From the NCBI RefSeq assembly GCF_000375425.1, contig NZ_AQXG01000001.1:561176-593175 (forward strand): a stretch of 32,000 nucleotides of DNA. The letters are read 5' to 3'. This document shows positions 1 to 9,076 of this stretch, in pieces. The position numbers and the translations under genes are program-made. The first letter of the stretch is position 1; every line of letters starts with the position of its first letter. The notes beneath the pieces were generated by a model. The model was not told where the DNA came from. It made no database searches and saw only the letters and a program-made list of their open reading frames with translations. Source of the stretch: Gracilimonas tropica DSM 19535 (GTDB lineage Bacteria > Bacteroidota > Rhodothermia > Balneolales > Balneolaceae).

Positions 1-117
1 GACGGTGCTTTTCATAACGGTTTTATCCATTGTGGCCTGGCCGTCACTTCCAATTGCAGCCTTGCCATTATGGATCACACCCACAACCGTAGTGGCATGT
101 AATTCAGATAAATTCAT
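1..117 (-). CDS. hslV: ATP-dependent protease subunit HslV, first 39 codons only (gene runs off the left edge)
   Basis: The reverse complement of 1..117 reads MNLSELHATTVVGVIHNGKAAIGSDGQATMDKTVMKSTV from an ATG at 115-117. The pattern TT(I/V)VGV..NG...IG.DGQ.T....VMK is the HslV/ClpQ N-terminus. It is missing from the ORF track because it is truncated. Confidence 0.8.
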   Translation of the reverse strand, partial: MNLSELHATTVVGVIHNGKAAIGSDGQATMDKTVMKSTV

Positions 118-172
118 GATCTAATTTTCGTTAATAATTTTAACAGGTGAGGTACAAAAACCAAGCCAAGCC

Positions 173-1918
173 TTAATTTGAAGACTTATAGTACTTCGAT
201 TTTCCTCTTCCGTTCGAATTGTCATTACGGCCTGACGTTCTGCTACCGTTGTTTCTCTCTTTTTTGGAGATATCCAGGTTCTCTTTGTTTCCTTTTCCAC
301 TGTCCAATTCTAATAACTCGCCTTCACGACTTAGGACATCTTCGATAGATTCGTCAAGCATAACAATCTCAGTGATATCAATATCAGAACCCACAAGAGT
401 GGCACGGAATTCGTTCATTGAAACGGTTTCGTCACCCACCAGCGAGATCTTGATACGATATTTTACCATCCATTTCCAATGGGTACTCATCAGTCCTTTT
501 GTCAGAACCGATTTCAGGAAAGGATTTACATAGAGGTCAACTGCACGATAATTGGTATTATGCTTGAATTTGCTTAGCCAGGTTTCGAGATCGGTGATGA
601 TGGTATCTTCGGTGACTACACTTCCTGAGCCGCCGCAAACCGGACAAACTTTTGAAACTGAATTCACCACACTTGGCCGGATTCGTTGTCGGGTGATCTG
701 AACCAAACCAAAATCACTCATGCCAATTACATTTGTTTTGGCGGGATCTTTGGCAAACTCCTTCTTCAGTTCATCATAGATCTTCTTGCGGTTTTTGTCA
801 TCGCGGAGGTCGATAAAGTCAACCACGATGATTCCACCGATATCCCGCAGCCGTAACTGCTTGGCTACTTCTCTTGCAGCTTCCAAGTTGGTTTTGAGGG
901 AATTATCTTCCTGCCGCTGTTTTGCCGCATAAGGACCTGAGTTCACATCTACCACATACATGGCTTCGGTTTGCTCAAAGATGAGGTATCCACCGGATTT
1001 CATCCGTACACGCGGACTGAAAATAGAATTCACATCGTGGGCGATCTTCATGTAGTCGAAGATGTGTTCCTTGCCTTTATATAATTCTACGTTAGGAACC
1101 ATCTTAGGAGCGATCTGCCCTACATATGATTTGATCTGCCTGTACATTTCAGGGTCATCGATTAGCACACGGTCATAGTTCTTGGCAAATAGATCGCGGA
1201 TCAAACTTTCCGTCATATTCAGATCACGATAGAGGAGAGAAGGTGGTTTGGCATCTTCCAGTTTATCTACGATCTGCTCCCATTTCTTCAGCACATTCCG
1301 AAGATCATCTTCAAGAGATTCTTTATCCTGACCTTGCGCAACCGTTCTCACGATCACTCCAAAACCATCGGGCACCATATTGTTTAGAACACCTTTCAAA
1401 CGGCGACGTTCTTTGTAGTTGTTGATCTTTTTGGAAACCGCAATGTAGTCGCCCATAGGAATCAACACCAGGAAACGGCCTGCGATAGTGATATCTGTGG
1501 AGATTCGGGGGCCTTTTGAGCCGATTGGTTCTTTCACAATTTGAACCAGCAGCTTCTGTCCGGTTCGAAGCATTTTTCCGGCCAGGATCTGTTTCTCTAC
1601 ATTCGAGAGTTTATCCTTGTTTTGAAGTTCTTTTTGGGCGTGATTGGGAATCGCGTTTTTGCCGTTTAGCTTGGTAATGTATTCATCCAAATGGTCGCCG
1701 GCATCCGAAAAGTGAAGGAAAGCGTCTTTCGGAGTACCCATGTCTATAAAAGCAGCGCGAATACCGCTGAGCACTTTGTGAACTCGTGCTACGTATATGT
1801 TACCAACTGTTCGCTGGTTTTCTTCCGTCTCTATAAAAAGCTGCGCTAACTCGTTGTTTTCTAAAAGCGCGATACGGGTCTGATTGCCCGAAGAGTGAAT
1901 AATAATTTGATTTTTCAT
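173..1918 (-). CDS. rng: Ribonuclease E/G family endoribonuclease (RNase G-like, 581 aa)
   Basis: S1-domain N-terminus MKNQIIIHSSGNQTRIALLENNELAQLFIE. Catalytic blocks VVDVNSG and DIGGIIVVDFIDL. Zn-link CPVCGGSG. I moved the start to the ATG at 1916-1918, because the track's M at 1966 adds 16 non-conserved residues. The C-tail is basic and Asn/Arg/Lys-rich. Confidence 0.9.
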   Translation of the reverse strand: MKNQIIIHSSGNQTRIALLENNELAQLFIETEENQRTVGNIYVARVHKVLSGIRAAFIDMGTPKDAFLHFSDAGDHLDEYITKLNGKNAIPNHAQKELQNKDKLSNVEKQILAGKMLRTGQKLLVQIVKEPIGSKGPRISTDITIAGRFLVLIPMGDYIAVSKKINNYKERRRLKGVLNNMVPDGFGVIVRTVAQGQDKESLEDDLRNVLKKWEQIVDKLEDAKPPSLLYRDLNMTESLIRDLFAKNYDRVLIDDPEMYRQIKSYVGQIAPKMVPNVELYKGKEHIFDYMKIAHDVNSIFSPRVRMKSGGYLIFEQTEAMYVVDVNSGPYAAKQRQEDNSLKTNLEAAREVAKQLRLRDIGGIIVVDFIDLRDDKNRKKIYDELKKEFAKDPAKTNVIGMSDFGLVQITRQRIRPSVVNSVSKVCPVCGGSGSVVTEDTIITDLETWLSKFKHNTNYRAVDLYVNPFLKSVLTKGLMSTHWKWMVKYRIKISLVGDETVSMNEFRATLVGSDIDITEIVMLDESIEDVLSREGELLELDSGKGNKENLDISKKERNNGSRTSGRNDNSNGRGKSKYYKSSN

Positions 1919-2485
1919 TGGTGAAATTCTTCCTTTCCCGGAAGCCGCTAAAGCCCCTGCAAACAAACCATCGTATTAATTTATGATGCAAATTGAGTAC
2001 GTTCTCGTGTTGTAGAGAGGGGATTGAAGCAAACGGACGAGCGGCTGCTTCGGGAGTAATGTCTGTTAAAATTGTTTTTTGGGTTGATTCCGTTTTGGAA
2101 TCAGAGAAAAGGTTCTGCTTTATAACTATTGATAAGATTTTGCAGAACAAGAAAAAATCGATAAAGGCATCCTTCAAAGAGTAAGTCAATGGAGCCGATA
2201 AAGTTCGTTTTTGATATGTATTCCGTGCGTTACGCAATAGAAAATAATGTTTAAAAAGCTTGTTTGGGTCGATTTTCTCGTCTAATGAATATAACTGTGA
2301 AAGCTCATTAATGTAAACGCTTTTTAGGATTATTTTATTGAAGAGAAGACGATATGATAAAGCTAAGCTCCAACACAGAGCGTGTGGAGCGAGGCTGGGT
2401 AATTGAATTGGTATTTCCAATGTCGCTGAATTACCCAGAGACTCAATACGAACCGCTTGTTCTAATTCAGAAAGGGAAGAAGGAA

Positions 2486-3754
2486 TCAATCCTCATCAAC
2501 CCGTTTAATATTCGCTCCAACAGCACTCAGCTTATTCTCAAGATCCTCATAACCACGGTCAAGGTGGTAAATACGCAGCACATCCGAATGATTTTCAGCA
2601 ACCAAAGCCGCCAATACCAGGCTTACACTGGCGCGCAGATCGGTACTCATCACCGAAGCACCTATCAACGGAGTTTTTCCTGAAATATGAACCGTATTCT
2701 TTTCCACTTCCATATCTGCACCGAGACGAGTGAGTTCCGGGACGTAGCTAAATCGATCAAAATATACCGTATCGGTGACTTTGGATTTACCCTCAGCCTG
2801 GGTCATCATCGTAGCCCATTGGGCCTGAAGATCGGTGGGAAAACCGGGATAAATCTCTGTTTTGATGGATACCGGTTTCAGCGTATCCGGAGCTTTTACT
2901 TTTATGGTCGTTCCGTCAATATCAACAGTGGTACCGGTTTTTTTGAGCTGTTTGGTGAAACTGCCAAGGTGTTCCGGATTGCAACCGGTAAGCGTAAGCT
3001 CCGAGCCGGGAAACATCGCTGCGGCAATCATAAACGTCCCCAATTCAATGCGGTCAGGATCATTAGAAACTTCAATTCCTTTAAGCTCATTCACGGCTTT
3101 TATAGTGAGCGTATCGGTTCCGATGCCATCAATATTAGCTCCCATTTTTACCAAGTGATTGCAAAGCTGTACCACATCCGGCTCTTTAGCTGCATTCTTG
3201 ATCGTAAATTTTTTGGCTTTTAAAACCGAAGCCAGCAATAGATTCACCGTGGCTCCAACAGAACTAGGTTCAAGCCTAAAAGAACCGCCTTCAATTTTAT
3301 CATTGGCTTTAGCGATCACATATCCTTTTTCCAGAGAGATATCGATGCCCATCGCTTCCATACCTTTCAGGTGCAGGTCTACGGGACGAGGTCCCCACGC
3401 ACAACCGCCGGGAAGGGAAACTTTGGCGTACCCGTGTTTTCCAACAAGAGCGCCGAGCATATAGAACGAAGCACGCATTTTTCGTACAAGATCATAAGGT
3501 GCTTCCAGGTGATTGACGTGTGTTGGATCGATCACAAGCTTGTTTTCATCTTCATGAAAATCGACCTGAGCGCCAACCACGCGGATCACATTATTAAACG
3601 TATAAATATCTTTAAGACGGGGAATATTGTGAAGGGTAGAAGCGGAGTTTCCAAGAAGAGAAGCTGCCATCAGGGGTAGTGCAGCATTTTTTGAGCCGCT
3701 GATCGGGATGGTTCCTTTAAGTGGTTTACCGCCTTCAATTACAAATTTATCCAA
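2486..3754 (-). CDS. murA: UDP-N-acetylglucosamine 1-carboxyvinyltransferase
   Basis: N-terminus MDKFVIEGGKPLKGTIPISGSKNAALPLMAASLL. Active-site loop LPGGCAWGPRPVDLH with the catalytic Cys. The 422-aa length is typical. Confidence 0.95.
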   Translation of the reverse strand: MDKFVIEGGKPLKGTIPISGSKNAALPLMAASLLGNSASTLHNIPRLKDIYTFNNVIRVVGAQVDFHEDENKLVIDPTHVNHLEAPYDLVRKMRASFYMLGALVGKHGYAKVSLPGGCAWGPRPVDLHLKGMEAMGIDISLEKGYVIAKANDKIEGGSFRLEPSSVGATVNLLLASVLKAKKFTIKNAAKEPDVVQLCNHLVKMGANIDGIGTDTLTIKAVNELKGIEVSNDPDRIELGTFMIAAAMFPGSELTLTGCNPEHLGSFTKQLKKTGTTVDIDGTTIKVKAPDTLKPVSIKTEIYPGFPTDLQAQWATMMTQAEGKSKVTDTVYFDRFSYVPELTRLGADMEVEKNTVHISGKTPLIGASVMSTDLRASVSLVLAALVAENHSDVLRIYHLDRGYEDLENKLSAVGANIKRVDED

Positions 3755-4253
3755 TGGGTTCGATCTCCAGTATAGGTGAATTTTTCTCTAATGATGCTCC
3801 GACTTCTGTCGAAATATTTGTGATGGTTCCGGCAATTGGTGCCTTCAGCTCATTTTCCATTTTCATGGCTTCCAGAATAACAAGAGGCTGATCTTTTTCA
3901 ACTTCATCGCCTTCGTTTACCATGATCTCAAGGATCTTACCCGGCATGGGGGCATTCAGGATACCCTCGCCGGCCGCAGCTCCCGTTTTGAATCCGAGTC
4001 GATCCAGCAAAAGTTCTTGCTCGTCTTTAACCTGAATAGTGTGCCAAACGCCATTCATTGAAAACTCAATGTTGGAACCGTCTTTAGCTACATTATCAAT
4101 TTTGTAGGTTTTTGTTCCCACACGAAGAATAAAGCGTCCATTGACATGTTCAAAAGTATATTTTCCGGAACCATCACCTGATGTAAAAGTGCCTTTTTCG
4201 GGATCAAGTTCAACATCGTGTTCGTTTTCACCTATAATTGCCTGAAATTTCAT
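3747..4253 (-). CDS. Biotinyl/lipoyl-domain protein (biotin carboxyl carrier-like, 168 aa)
   Basis: C-terminal block PLVILEAMKMENELKAPIAGTI carries the (E)AMKM biotinylation motif. Its 3' end overlaps the murA start by 8 nt. Confidence 0.8.
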   Translation of the reverse strand: MKFQAIIGENEHDVELDPEKGTFTSGDGSGKYTFEHVNGRFILRVGTKTYKIDNVAKDGSNIEFSMNGVWHTIQVKDEQELLLDRLGFKTGAAAGEGILNAPMPGKILEIMVNEGDEVEKDQPLVILEAMKMENELKAPIAGTITNISTEVGASLEKNSPILEIEPIG

Positions 4254-4519
4254 AGCTGTCTTTTCATGTGTTTAATGCCAGATTTTGTTATCCGAAAAGT
4301 AGATTCCTTGATATTATCCGAGTCAAACCACTGAATACTGTTGTCAGCAGGAGAATGATCAGAATCTACCACTTCAATAAGCCGTGAGTTCATGAGGTTG
4401 ATGATATCATCCCTGATCTCTCCGTAAGCCAGTTCTGTTTCTTCTTGAATCACATCAAATGATTCAGGAAAAATGAGGCGGTCCAGAATTTTTCGCTCTG
4501 ATGGGGTTAATTTTCTCAT
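4250..4519 (-). CDS. Hypothetical small protein (89 aa)
   Basis: Its stop overlaps the start of the downstream biotinyl-domain gene as ATGA, which suggests translational coupling. I recognise no motif. Confidence 0.5.
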   Translation of the reverse strand: MRKLTPSERKILDRLIFPESFDVIQEETELAYGEIRDDIINLMNSRLIEVVDSDHSPADNSIQWFDSDNIKESTFRITKSGIKHMKRQL

Positions 4520-4656
4520 ATGGGCTGAAGATAGAGCCGATACAAAATTATCACAAATATTAACCGCATTAATTTGTTTAAAAAAGCAGTATAAATAAAT
4601 CTTAAAATATGCTTTAGATTCATCGAAAAGTGTCGAACTGATTATTATCTTAGTTC

Positions 4657-5232
4657 ATGTTCAAAGTTGAAAATACCATACTTGCTGACGACATCGCGAC
4701 TGCGAAATTTTCTTGCGACTTACCCCGTTGCAAAGGAGCATGTTGCGTGGTGGGTGATGCCGGAGCCCCGGTATCAAAATCTGAGATCCCTGTTTTACAT
4801 AAGGCCTATAGATTGCTGAAAAACGAATTGCCCCAAGAATCGGTTCAGGTTGCTGAGCGTAACGGAGTAGTGATCGGAACGGAAAGCAAAGGATATGAAA
4901 TCTCAACCGTAGGAAGTAACGAATGTATTTTTGTGAAGCATGATGATCAGGGAATTGCCTATTGTGCTATACAGAAAGCCTATTTTGAAGGGCGCTTTAA
5001 TTGGGAAAAACCCATCAGTTGTCATTTATTTCCGGTACGTTTGAAACATATTGCAGGGTTTGATTATGCCAATTATGAATATGTTCCTAAACTTTGTTCC
5101 GCCGCTTGTGAGAAGGGAGAAAAAGAGAATACCTATTTAGCTGAATTCCTTCAAAAACCATTGGTTCGCAGATACGGTGAAAAATGGTATCAGTCATTCT
5201 TAAGAGCTTGTAAAGAGATTCGCAGTCAGTAG
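4657..5232 (+). CDS. DUF3109-family Cys-rich protein (191 aa)
   Basis: N-terminal FSCDLPRCKGACCVVGDAGAP plus further conserved Cys residues (YCAIQ, SCHLFP, CSAAC) match my memory of the Bacteroidota DUF3109 family. It ends 5 nt before rpoN. Confidence 0.65.
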   Translation: MFKVENTILADDIATAKFSCDLPRCKGACCVVGDAGAPVSKSEIPVLHKAYRLLKNELPQESVQVAERNGVVIGTESKGYEISTVGSNECIFVKHDDQGIAYCAIQKAYFEGRFNWEKPISCHLFPVRLKHIAGFDYANYEYVPKLCSAACEKGEKENTYLAEFLQKPLVRRYGEKWYQSFLRACKEIRSQ

Positions 5233-5237
5233 ATTAT

Positions 5238-6746
5238 ATGCTTCGAAACCAACAAAATTTAAATCAGAAACAGCAGCAGAGTTTACAGCAAAAGCTTTCG
5301 CCTCAACAACTTCAGTACATAAAACTGCTGCAGTTGCCTACTATAGGACTGGAACAGCGCATCAAAGAAGAGATCGAAGCTAATCCGGTATTGGAAGAAG
5401 TAGATCCCGGAGAAGAGGATACTGTAAGTCTTTCTGAGGTTGATGAAAATCCTAAAGAAGAGAAAGAGGAAGCGCTCGAAAGTCTTGAGGAGCACGAAGT
5501 TGACTGGGATGAGTTTGATAAAAACACGGAATATGATGGCGAGCAGTTCGGTAATTCTTTTAATCCCGATATTGAAGAATGGAAGGAGCTTCCCAATCCT
5601 TATCAGGCTTCTTTTTTAGAACAACTGGAGGAACAGGTAAATTTACTTGACCTTACGGATGAGGAACAATTGATAGCCGATCAAATTTTGGGCTCACTTG
5701 ACGAAGATGGTTATTTCCGGCGTGAATTGGAGGCGGTGGTGGATAACATTGCTTTCAACCAGGGTATTTTGATTGATGAAGAGATGGTTGAGAAGGTTCG
5801 AAAAGAGATTCAACAGCTTGAACCAATTGGTATAGCTTCCCGAGATCTCAGAGACTGCTTATTGGTACAACTGAGAGCCTCAGAGAAGAAGCTGCCGGGC
5901 TTGAACCTTGCCATCCAGATTGTTAAAAATGCATGGAAAGCATTCGAGAAAAAACACTTTTCTAAGTTGCTGAAAAAATTCAAAGTCACCAGGGAAGAAT
6001 TGAACGATGCATTTGAGGCTATAAAGCAAATGGATCCACGGCCCGGTGCTGTGGCAAGTGGACTTGAGGAAACTCAAAATTACATTGAGCCGGATTTTGA
6101 GGTTTACTGGAAGGGCATTGAAGACGGTGAAAGTGATCGGGGGGAGTTCATCATCAACCTGAACCAACGGAATGCCCCTTCACTCCGAATATCTCCGGAA
6201 TACAAGCAAATGTGGGAAGAGATCAAATCCAAGAAAGAGAAAAAATCAGATTCAGATGCCCGAAACTTTATGAAGAGTAAGATCGATTCGGCAAATTGGT
6301 TTATAGAGTCGATTCGTCAGCGGCAAAATACGCTGATGAATATCATGAAGACCATTGTGGCATTGCAGGAAGATTTCTTTAAGTACGGAGAAGGACTCAA
6401 ACCTATGATCCTGAAAGATGTAGCTGAAAGAATTGGCATGGATATTTCGACTGTTTCGAGAGTTGTAAACGGTAAATATGTACAGACTTACTTTGGGGTT
6501 TATGAGTTAAAATACTTTTTCAATGAGGGGCTGGAAACTGAAAGCGGAGAAGAAGTATCTAACCGGGAAGTAAAGAATATTCTCGAAAACATCATCAATA
6601 AGGAAGACAAGCAAGATCCTTACAGCGATCAGCAACTAACCGATATGTTGAATGAAAAGGGGTATAAAGTAGCGCGAAGAACGGTTAGCAAATACAGGGA
6701 ACAGCTAAACCTTCCGGTTGCGCGGATGAGGAAACAAGTGATCTAA
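5238..6746 (+). CDS. rpoN: RNA polymerase sigma-54 factor
   Basis: Gln/Leu-rich region I (QQQSLQQKLSPQQLQYIKLLQLP), an acidic region II, a C-terminal HTH (ISTVSRVVNGKY) and the RpoN box ARRTVSKYR. Confidence 0.95.
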   Translation: MLRNQQNLNQKQQQSLQQKLSPQQLQYIKLLQLPTIGLEQRIKEEIEANPVLEEVDPGEEDTVSLSEVDENPKEEKEEALESLEEHEVDWDEFDKNTEYDGEQFGNSFNPDIEEWKELPNPYQASFLEQLEEQVNLLDLTDEEQLIADQILGSLDEDGYFRRELEAVVDNIAFNQGILIDEEMVEKVRKEIQQLEPIGIASRDLRDCLLVQLRASEKKLPGLNLAIQIVKNAWKAFEKKHFSKLLKKFKVTREELNDAFEAIKQMDPRPGAVASGLEETQNYIEPDFEVYWKGIEDGESDRGEFIINLNQRNAPSLRISPEYKQMWEEIKSKKEKKSDSDARNFMKSKIDSANWFIESIRQRQNTLMNIMKTIVALQEDFFKYGEGLKPMILKDVAERIGMDISTVSRVVNGKYVQTYFGVYELKYFFNEGLETESGEEVSNREVKNILENIINKEDKQDPYSDQQLTDMLNEKGYKVARRTVSKYREQLNLPVARMRKQVI

Positions 6747-8263
6747 GCTCCGGCCTTCTGTTCTATAAAATAAAGTACGGGCTGAAGATCATAACTGGTA
6801 TTGGATAGATCTGTATAGCTTTGAAGTGTTCCTTCCCAATCGCTGAACTGCTCTGAGACTAAAATAAAGGCATCTTTGCCGGCTTTTATAATGTTGGTTT
6901 TCAATCCCATCAGCATCAAAATTTTATTGGATAGTTCCTGAGCTTTTTCCAATGACTGAAAAAGTCCCAACTGGATCTGAAAATCGTAGGAGTAATTGGA
7001 GCCTGATAGTTTTTTATAGTTTACCAGGTTTTTATTTCCGGTAGCTCGTTCCAGAAAGTCAGATCGCTTCAAGGTTTCTGAGAGACTCTGCAGCGGTTGG
7101 GTTTGTACCCGGTAAAGTCCGTTTGAAACCGATGAAACCTCCATATCGATATCGTACTTATTTTCTAGAGAAGACGCGTAATTTCGAGCGTTTTCAACAG
7201 ATCGGAATGCTCCCAACTGAATTTGGTATTCGATTGAAGAGGGTATAAACGACTTATCGTAACACTGATGAATGATACCATTTGCAGATCCTGCCCAATT
7301 CGTATTCAGGTTTTCTGCCTTATCAAGGGTTTTTAGAAGATTATTATCTGGTGAAGTTCGAAGTGAAAAATGGGTTCCATTATACACGAGATTCAAATCC
7401 GTATTGCCAGCAGAGCGGGATGAAATAGATTTTGAGGCATTCCTGAAAGCATTTCCAAAGGAGGAAAAACTTCCTAATTGAACGGAATATCTGCATTGCT
7501 GATCAAGAGAAGACACCGCATTTTTTTCTTTTTCTGAACCGGATGCATCTGCCACCGGAAGGGGTTCGGTATAAAAAAGTCTGAGTGTTACCCGCCTGTT
7601 TTGAGCCCGGTTTTCAGGAATAGGCTTGCCGTTGCTATCAATATTAGAGGCAATAGGTCGTGAATCGGCATAGCCTGATGCTTTCAGACGGTCTTTGGAA
7701 ATACCCATTCCGGCCAGAAATTTAACCAGATTTGTGGCTCGTGCAGTCGATAATTCCCAGTTCGATTCATATGCTGCAGAATGGATGGGGACATCATCGG
7801 TATGGCCTTCAACCTCAATCTTAAAATCGTTGTAGGCGTTATTTTTTAAAGCTCGTGCGATTTTATTTAAAAGTGTAAGTGCCTCAGCCTGAATAGTTGC
7901 ACTTCCGGATAGATAGAGGTTATCACTCTTGAGGCGTATAAGAAGATCGTTGAGGTCTCTTTTGATTTCAATTTGATCATCAGCAACTTCTTCTATCAAA
8001 GCAAGTTCTATCTGTTTTCTGATCTTATTAATGGGAGTGGTAATGAACCTGGCTTCTTCCACATCAGATTTAAAAAGGCCTGAAACGGAAAAAACTTCAT
8101 TATCCGACATTTTTGAGACGGAAAGTAAAATGATCAGAAAACCGAGAAGAATAGTTATAATATCAAGGTAACTGATCTGCCAGCTTTCATCTTCGGATTC
8201 TTCCATTTCCTGTTTAGGAAACAAAGAGTTGTCATGCTCTATGTTCGGATCTTTACTACTCAC
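6743..8263 (-). CDS. MotB-like stator protein: N-terminal TM with conserved Asp, OmpA-like peptidoglycan-binding domain, and three C-terminal SPOR-like repeats (506 aa)
   Basis: SWQISYLDIITILLGFLIILL resembles the MotB TM/plug region, including the Asp. The OmpA block is EVEGHTDDVP..NWELSTARATNLVKFL..NRRVTLRL. GTG start at 8261-8263, 6 nt after the MotA stop. An in-frame ATG at 8206 is an alternative start. Confidence 0.85.
   Translation of the reverse strand: MSSKDPNIEHDNSLFPKQEMEESEDESWQISYLDIITILLGFLIILLSVSKMSDNEVFSVSGLFKSDVEEARFITTPINKIRKQIELALIEEVADDQIEIKRDLNDLLIRLKSDNLYLSGSATIQAEALTLLNKIARALKNNAYNDFKIEVEGHTDDVPIHSAAYESNWELSTARATNLVKFLAGMGISKDRLKASGYADSRPIASNIDSNGKPIPENRAQNRRVTLRLFYTEPLPVADASGSEKEKNAVSSLDQQCRYSVQLGSFSSFGNAFRNASKSISSRSAGNTDLNLVYNGTHFSLRTSPDNNLLKTLDKAENLNTNWAGSANGIIHQCYDKSFIPSSIEYQIQLGAFRSVENARNYASSLENKYDIDMEVSSVSNGLYRVQTQPLQSLSETLKRSDFLERATGNKNLVNYKKLSGSNYSYDFQIQLGLFQSLEKAQELSNKILMLMGLKTNIIKAGKDAFILVSEQFSDWEGTLQSYTDLSNTSYDLQPVLYFIEQKAGA
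6778..7492 (-). other. Three tandem SPOR-like domains in the C-terminal half of the MotB-like protein
   Basis: Each repeat opens with an aromatic-x-(V/I)QLG-x-F signature: YSVQLGSFSSFGNAFRNA, YQIQLGAFRSVENARNYA..GLYRVQT, FQIQLGLFQSLEKAQEL. Confidence 0.65.
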
Positions 8264-8269
8264 CTGATT

Positions 8270-9070
8270 CTAAGCTATACCTGAACGATTTTGCTGGATG
8301 TGGGCCTGGAGTTTATCATATATCTGAAGTGCGGTCTTTCCTTCCTCAATCAAAAGTACTCCTTCCAGAATTAACTTTTTCCGGAAATATTTTGAAGATG
8401 CGATATTATTCATCTTTCGTGCCATGGGATTGAAAATAAAGTTACCGATAATAATTCCATATAAGGTTGTCATTAAAGCGGCGGCTAAACCTGTAAGCAG
8501 CGTTTCTATTTGATCAAAGTCTGAAAGGATTACGATCAGCCCAAATAAGGTACCCAACATTCCAAAAACCGGAGCGCTTTTACCCATGCTCGAAATGATG
8601 TCGTTGATCTTTTTTTGCCTGATATAGCTTTCCTGGATATTTGCTTGTCCCAATTCTCTGAGTTCTTGGGTTGAATAGTTTGTATCCAGAACAGAAAACA
8701 GGTAGCCTGCAAACTCTTCTTCGTATTCCAGGCTTAACTCCTCAATAGCTCCCATGCGGTCAGCTTTTATTCTTTTTTGCCATTGAATGATTTTTTCGAT
8801 GTCTTCGGCAAGCAGTTCATCGGTGATCTTGCTATAGGAAAATAATTTAAGACTGTCACGAATGGCTTTGAATACATCTCCGAACTCATAACTAATGAAA
8901 ACACTTGCAAGAATACCCCCGAAGACGATCGCCAGGCTCGGTAAATTCAAGAACCGGTAATCATCAGGAATAAAGTTAAAACTGCTTACCCCGATTACTA
9001 AAAGGGCACCCCATACCAATATCACCGATGCGATCAAAAAACACAGAATATTTAAAACAGAAGTACGCAT
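8270..9070 (-). CDS. MotA-type (flagellar-stator-like) proton channel subunit (266 aa)
   Basis: Four-TM MotA/PomA layout with a ~100-aa cytoplasmic loop between TM2 and TM3. SAPVFGMLGTLFGLI and LMTTLYGIIIGNFIFNPMARKM carry both conserved Pro positions. The C-tail LILEGVLLIEEGKTALQIYDKL resembles the MotA tail. Confidence 0.85.
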   Translation of the reverse strand: MRTSVLNILCFLIASVILVWGALLVIGVSSFNFIPDDYRFLNLPSLAIVFGGILASVFISYEFGDVFKAIRDSLKLFSYSKITDELLAEDIEKIIQWQKRIKADRMGAIEELSLEYEEEFAGYLFSVLDTNYSTQELRELGQANIQESYIRQKKINDIISSMGKSAPVFGMLGTLFGLIVILSDFDQIETLLTGLAAALMTTLYGIIIGNFIFNPMARKMNNIASSKYFRKKLILEGVLLIEEGKTALQIYDKLQAHIQQNRSGIA

Positions 9071-9076
9071 AAACGG

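Noticed and set aside
1800-2489. 229-aa ORF (TTG start) spanning the murA-rng spacer on the minus strand
   Set aside because: - It has no internal Met, and the product is low-complexity and rich in Leu, Ser and Lys.
- I recognise no motif.
- It would overlap the well-supported rng start by 119 nt in another frame.

I kept it only as a caveat in the spacer finding, because an open frame of this length is statistically unusual.
219-3679. Plus-strand ORFs opposite rng and murA (219..533, 1243..1425, 2687..3223, 2862..3158, 3159..3464, 3371..3679), and small ORFs 1993..2184 and 2354..2683
   Set aside because: Most are antisense to strongly supported conserved genes. The two spacer ORFs have no recognisable features or plausible start context.
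6743-9070. Zorya-type (ZorAB) anti-phage system, or an ExbBD/TolQR system
   Set aside because: - As I recall, ZorA is much longer, with a long C-terminal tail, and is accompanied by ZorC/D-type genes. Here MotA is 266 aa and no nuclease or helicase-like partners are present.
- ExbB/TolQ have three TMs and partner with the small ExbD/TolR. Here the channel subunit has a four-TM MotA layout and the partner has an OmpA-like domain. No TonB, TolA, TolB or Pal genes are adjacent.
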